Below are positions 60,862 through 64,000 of a stretch of DNA of 64,000 bases, in pieces. The notes under the pieces were generated by a model. That model made no database searches. It had not been told where the DNA came from and saw only the letters and a program-made list of their open reading frames with translations. A program made the position numbers and the translations under genes. Each line of letters starts with the position of its first letter. Position 1 is the stretch's first letter. This DNA comes from an uncultured Gammaproteobacteria bacterium (GTDB taxonomy: Bacteria; Patescibacteriota; Microgenomatia; UBA1406; HO2-37-13b): contig OZ246401.1 in NCBI GenBank assembly GCA_965230965.1, positions 666,937 through 730,936 of the forward strand, given 5' to 3'.

Positions 60862-61483
60862 TAAAGAAATAAAAAACAAAATGATGCTTACCGGCATATT
60901 GTCTATTGTTGGCATCGTTCTTGTGGTGGGAGGTATTATGTACGTTGCGCAAAGAAAACTACCTGAAAAGTACAAAACACAGGAGAAAAATTTGTTAAAT
61001 ACTATCGTTCACAATGCAGAGCCGACACAAGCCCCACTTACCGGTGTGATGAATATGAATGTAAAATCAGCGAAAGAGGCGTATAAAAAAGGCGACTTGG
61101 TAACGCTTACTGTTTCTGCTGATTCAAAAAATGATCATATTGCCGGGTATGATGTTGTTTTGCGCTACGATCCAACACTTTTGAAGGTTGATAAAGTAAC
61201 ATCGTTGGTAGAAGGCATGGATTTGTATCAGGCAAGTACGCCAGCAGAAGTCCCAGGTTTGCAGGATCTTGTGGTGACAGGTATTCAAAGTATTAGTCAG
61301 AAAGATCCGTACGTGTTTGCAAACACGCCGATTGCTGAGGTGACATTCAGTGTATTGAAGGTGGGTACGGCAAATGTGGATATAGTGTTTACGCCAAACC
61401 ATACTGCCGACTCTAATCTCATGAATACGCAAACACAAGATATTTTGAGCAACGTAGAAGGGCTCACGTTGCAGATTAATTAA
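60851..61483 (+). CDS. membrane-anchored cohesin-like domain protein
   Basis: TM helix LTGILSIVGIVLVVGGIMYV, then KKGDLVTLTVSADSKNDHIAGYDVVLRYDPTLLKVDKVTSLVEG..IAEVTFSVLKVGTANVDIVF. Confidence 0.65.
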   Translation: MEDDKEIKNKMMLTGILSIVGIVLVVGGIMYVAQRKLPEKYKTQEKNLLNTIVHNAEPTQAPLTGVMNMNVKSAKEAYKKGDLVTLTVSADSKNDHIAGYDVVLRYDPTLLKVDKVTSLVEGMDLYQASTPAEVPGLQDLVVTGIQSISQKDPYVFANTPIAEVTFSVLKVGTANVDIVFTPNHTADSNLMNTQTQDILSNVEGLTLQIN

Positions 61484-61485
61484 GT

Positions 61486-62142
61486 ATGAAATATAAGGGT
61501 ATTGTAACAATATGTGTGCTCGGATGGCTCCTCGCAGCAGCGCCGATTCTCGGCGCAGTATCTGCTGCGACGCTAAAATTTGATCCGAGCACGGTTAGTA
61601 CAAATGTCGGCGAGACGTTTAAGCTTGATGTGGTCGCCGACGCAGAAGAGAAGGAGATTCTTGGGGTTGACGCCCTTATTGAATATGACCCGGCTATCTG
61701 TGAAATTGAGAGTATCACCGATGGTGATTTCCTCGAAATCGGTATTAAAGAATTTACGCAGCCAGGCAAAATTTATATTGCCGGCGTCGTCTCTAACCCT
61801 GGCGAGTCAGTAACAGGAGAAGGTGTGCTTGCATCGGTGCAATGTAAAGCCAAGGCTTCAGGAAAGACCACGTTTACCTATACGTGCGAAACTGGCGAGA
61901 CAAATGAATCAAACATTTCTGAGAAATCCACCGATGCACCAGATTTAATTCAATGTGCATCGAATGGAGAAGCTGTTGTTACGGTAGGAGGCAGCACAAA
62001 GACAAAAGTTTCTACCGGTAGTGGGAAGACGCCATCAGAGTTGCCCCGTACAGGTATTGTTGAAGACTTTATGTTGTACGGAGCTATCGGACTGGGCTTT
62101 ATGATGATAGGCCTTGGCGCAAAAGCGCTTTTACGCATATGA
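61486..62142 (+). CDS. sortase-anchored cohesin-like protein (LPRTG)
   Basis: Signal peptide. LKFDPSTVSTNVGETFKLDVVADAEEKEILGVDALIEYDPAICEIESITDGDF..GVLASVQCKAKASG. LPRTG at 62041..62055 followed by a hydrophobic helix and the KALLRI tail. Confidence 0.75.
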   Translation: MKYKGIVTICVLGWLLAAAPILGAVSAATLKFDPSTVSTNVGETFKLDVVADAEEKEILGVDALIEYDPAICEIESITDGDFLEIGIKEFTQPGKIYIAGVVSNPGESVTGEGVLASVQCKAKASGKTTFTYTCETGETNESNISEKSTDAPDLIQCASNGEAVVTVGGSTKTKVSTGSGKTPSELPRTGIVEDFMLYGAIGLGFMMIGLGAKALLRI

Positions 62143-62846
62143 ACAAAAAATCACAAAAAATAGCAGCGATTGGTATTGGATTTATTCTTTCAGTACTTCT
62201 TATTTATATTGGCTTTCGTATTGTGCAAAAAAGAGGCTCACAAGCAGGTGTAACAGAGAATTTCAAATGTGTAAGAAGCAAAGATACAGAAAGCACCTGT
62301 ACCTGGACAAGTAGAACTGATGAAGTCGGCCGTATTTTATATGCAAGTATGCCACCAGGCGGCCTTCAAGATTGCAGTCTTGTTTTTATAGCTGAGGAAC
62401 TTGGCACGCCAGTTGCTTTGGGTGATGGTAACTTTGAACATACGGTTGTTTTGCAGCCACTTGTTTCAAAGCAGAGTTATTGTGCAGCCCCAGCAGGTAG
62501 TGAGGACAATATGATTGAAGTTCCTGCTTCAGTAGACGGAGCAAGCGCAGGAACTACTGGAGGTACCGGAGGGCAAACAGTACTCGATGTAACCCCAAGT
62601 CCAACCACAGGTGTTGTGATTGAGCCGACAGCAGCCCCGACAAGTCCCCAAGCACTTCCATCGCCACAACCATCACTTGGGACAACTACAGACACAGAAA
62701 TTGATGCCTACTTTAAGAACGCATCAAGTACAGACGACTGGGGTGACTGCTTGGACTATTTTGAGAAGAAAGGTCAGCAAGTAAGTGGTAACGCCTGTAT
62801 TAAGGGCTATTATCGTCATAACGTAACTCCAACCCCAGCTTCTTAA
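62139..62846 (+). CDS. membrane-anchored beta-rich protein with a Pro/Thr tail (counterpart of 46321..46857)
   Basis: TM helix IAAIGIGFILSVLLIYIGF. ...HTVVLQPLVSKQSYCAAPAGSEDNMIEVPAS resembles ...YYCYIYSGDQEPIEVFVPAS of 46321..46857. Same position immediately after an LPxTG cohesin gene. Confidence 0.5.
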   Translation: MNKKSQKIAAIGIGFILSVLLIYIGFRIVQKRGSQAGVTENFKCVRSKDTESTCTWTSRTDEVGRILYASMPPGGLQDCSLVFIAEELGTPVALGDGNFEHTVVLQPLVSKQSYCAAPAGSEDNMIEVPASVDGASAGTTGGTGGQTVLDVTPSPTTGVVIEPTAAPTSPQALPSPQPSLGTTTDTEIDAYFKNASSTDDWGDCLDYFEKKGQQVSGNACIKGYYRHNVTPTPAS

Positions 62847-62896
62847 GGTGGGTAAAACTATAGGATTGCGACTTTTCATCTTTCTTTTTAGGCGAT

Positions 62897-62912
62897 ACAT
62901 CATATATGATGT
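62897..62912. promoter_or_regulatory. perfect 16-bp palindrome ACATCATATATGATGT upstream of the XRE-type regulator (candidate operator)
   Basis: Read directly from the sequence. It lies 80 nt upstream of the ATG at 62992, in the only sizeable intergenic gap there. Confidence 0.35.
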
Positions 62913-62991
62913 AAACCCCAATTTGATATTCAAAACCTCTTGAGCTCATAGTAATCAGATTTTCTTAATCAATGTGCGATAATATTCTCAT

Positions 62992-63264
62992 ATGTATCGA
63001 AATGTGTATGATTTCATGTACCAGTGCGGTAGAACCTTTATGAATGCTCGAATTGACATGGGATATACTCAAGCTGAGTTGGCAAAGAAGACCAAGCTGT
63101 CTCAACAAGCTATTTCGCGTTTAGAATCCGGTTTGTCAAATCCTTCTATAAGTTTTCTTTACAAAATAGCAACAGCTCTGGATAAAGAATTAAACATAGA
63201 ACTACAAAAACCGCCCAGTCTTGAGGATATTTTGAACGAGCTCTTAGGGAATGAGAATCCCTAG
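62992..63264 (+). CDS. XRE-family helix-turn-helix transcriptional regulator
   Basis: MGYTQAELAKKTKLSQQAISRLESGLSNPSISFLYKIATAL. GATAAT box 8 nt upstream of the ATG. Confidence 0.75.
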   Translation: MYRNVYDFMYQCGRTFMNARIDMGYTQAELAKKTKLSQQAISRLESGLSNPSISFLYKIATALDKELNIELQKPPSLEDILNELLGNENP

Positions 63265-63876
63265 AAAGAAGCTCACCACAGGCCCGATGAACGTCTGAAG
63301 AATTGATCTACCACCAGCGAAAGGCAATATAACAAACATAAGGAGAAGAAAACCATAACGCTCCAAACCATACCATTCATCAGCTTGATCCTCAGGAATC
63401 AAGCCACCGACGATTCTGAAACCATCTAAGGGTGCAATAGGAATGAAGTTAAATACGCCTAGGATAAGATTTGTTGAAATAAAAATAGATAGAAATGCAC
63501 CAAAAATGTTGGCATGTGCAAACTCTTGCCCCAAAATATGCAACAGAACCCCACTCATAATCGCCATCCCAAAGTTTGAAAGGGGACCCGCCAACGCAAT
63601 CATTGCCGCGTCTCTACGTGGATTTTTTAGGTTGTAAGGGTCATATGGCACCGGCTTTCCCCAGCCAAAGCCAAAAAGGAGAAATAAAAGCGAACCAAGA
63701 GGGTCAAGATGTGAGCGTGGATCTAGGGTGATTCGGCCTTGCATACCTGGTGTTGGATCGCCGAGATTATCAGCAACTTTTGCATGACAGAACTCATGAA
63801 CTGTAACCGCGATAATAATAGAAAGGAGGAAGAGGACAGCCCCAACAGGATTTGTGAACAACTCTGTTAATACCAT
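63244..63876 (-). CDS. site-2 protease family (M50) membrane metalloprotease
   Basis: HEFCHA zinc motif in a TM helix and the NFIPIAPLDG motif. Multiple TM helices. ATG at 63876 preferred over the TTG at 63885. TATAAT box 8 nt upstream. Confidence 0.8.
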   Translation of the reverse strand: MVLTELFTNPVGAVLFLLSIIIAVTVHEFCHAKVADNLGDPTPGMQGRITLDPRSHLDPLGSLLFLLFGFGWGKPVPYDPYNLKNPRRDAAMIALAGPLSNFGMAIMSGVLLHILGQEFAHANIFGAFLSIFISTNLILGVFNFIPIAPLDGFRIVGGLIPEDQADEWYGLERYGFLLLMFVILPFAGGRSILQTFIGPVVSFFLGILIP

Positions 63877-63893
63877 ATAAGGCAATTATAACA

Positions 63894-63922
63894 TTGATTT
63901 TACCTCTAGTATTTGATATCAT
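63894..63922 (+). promoter_or_regulatory. promoter TTGATT-17-TATCAT, with the -10 box 7 nt upstream of the ATG at 63930
   Basis: aTTGATTttacctctagtatttgaTATCATacaacccATG. Confidence 0.45.
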
Positions 63923-63929
63923 ACAACCC

Positions 63930-64000
63930 ATGGCTCACTGTTACGTATCCGGAAAATCATCAATGCATGGACGAACCCATACACATCATCGTGGTGTGGC
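63930..64000 (+). CDS. rpmB: 50S ribosomal protein L28, N-terminal fragment (runs off the window)
   Basis: Translation MAHCYVSGKSSMHGRTHTHHRGV fits the L28 N-terminal pattern M-x-x-C-x-V-(S/T)-G-K-x4-G-x-x-x-(S/T)-H. Not in the ORF track because it is truncated. Confidence 0.5.
   Translation, partial: MAHCYVSGKSSMHGRTHTHHRGV

Noticed and set aside
1-64000. Alternative genetic code (UGA read as Gly, as in some CPR lineages).
   Set aside because: UGA terminates conserved genes at the expected length (rplJ at 54897-54899 and aclB at 5315-5317). Long ORFs are intact under the standard code.

Overview
This 64-kb window looks like a small, gene-dense bacterial genome of roughly 40-45% G+C by eye. 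It uses the standard code: UGA is a stop, for example at rplJ. The gene content suggests a reduced, surface-oriented CPR/Patescibacteria-like organism, but that is an inference. I found no rRNA, CRISPR array, transposase or integrase.

Recognisable genes:
- Housekeeping: mreB, pth, nfo, rplJ-rplL, the start of rpmB, tRNA-Arg(CCT), tRNA-Ser(GCT) and tRNA-Leu(CAG).
- Metabolism: a two-subunit 2-oxoacid:ferredoxin oxidoreductase whose alpha and beta genes are split by an unknown 614-aa gene, converging on an ATP-citrate-lyase-like aclBA pair.
- Envelope and other: a sortase, a TagA-like glycosyltransferase, a DUF2207 protein, an S8 protease with a free-standing propeptide-like gene, and a RimK-type double ATP-grasp/retropepsin/7TM operon.

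Most notable content:
1. Two clusters (30.6-47.7 kb on the minus strand, 55.5-62.8 kb on the plus strand) encode about 7 cohesin-like proteins. Two carry LPxTG sorting signals and the rest have an N-terminal TM anchor.
2. About 11 proteins carry dockerin-like double Ca-loop modules. Their cargo is vWA/TadG-like adhesins, Cys-rich modules and mosaic beta-rich domains. I recognised no carbohydrate-active enzymes.
3. A 1680-aa RHS/SpvB-type shell protein also carries an N-terminal dockerin but lacks its own RHS core. It is followed by three tandem genes, each encoding a signal peptide, an RHS core and a variable toxin domain, with no immunity genes between them.

Non-coding observations:
- A recurrent -10 box sits 6-8 nt upstream of the ATG, suggesting leaderless transcripts.
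- A roughly 28-nt conserved motif occurs at least 4 times.
- A D-arm-less tRNA-like element follows pth.
- A tandem hairpin repeat lies upstream of a TrpR/YerC-like gene.

All calls come from reading the sequence and ORF translations by eye. No database search was run.
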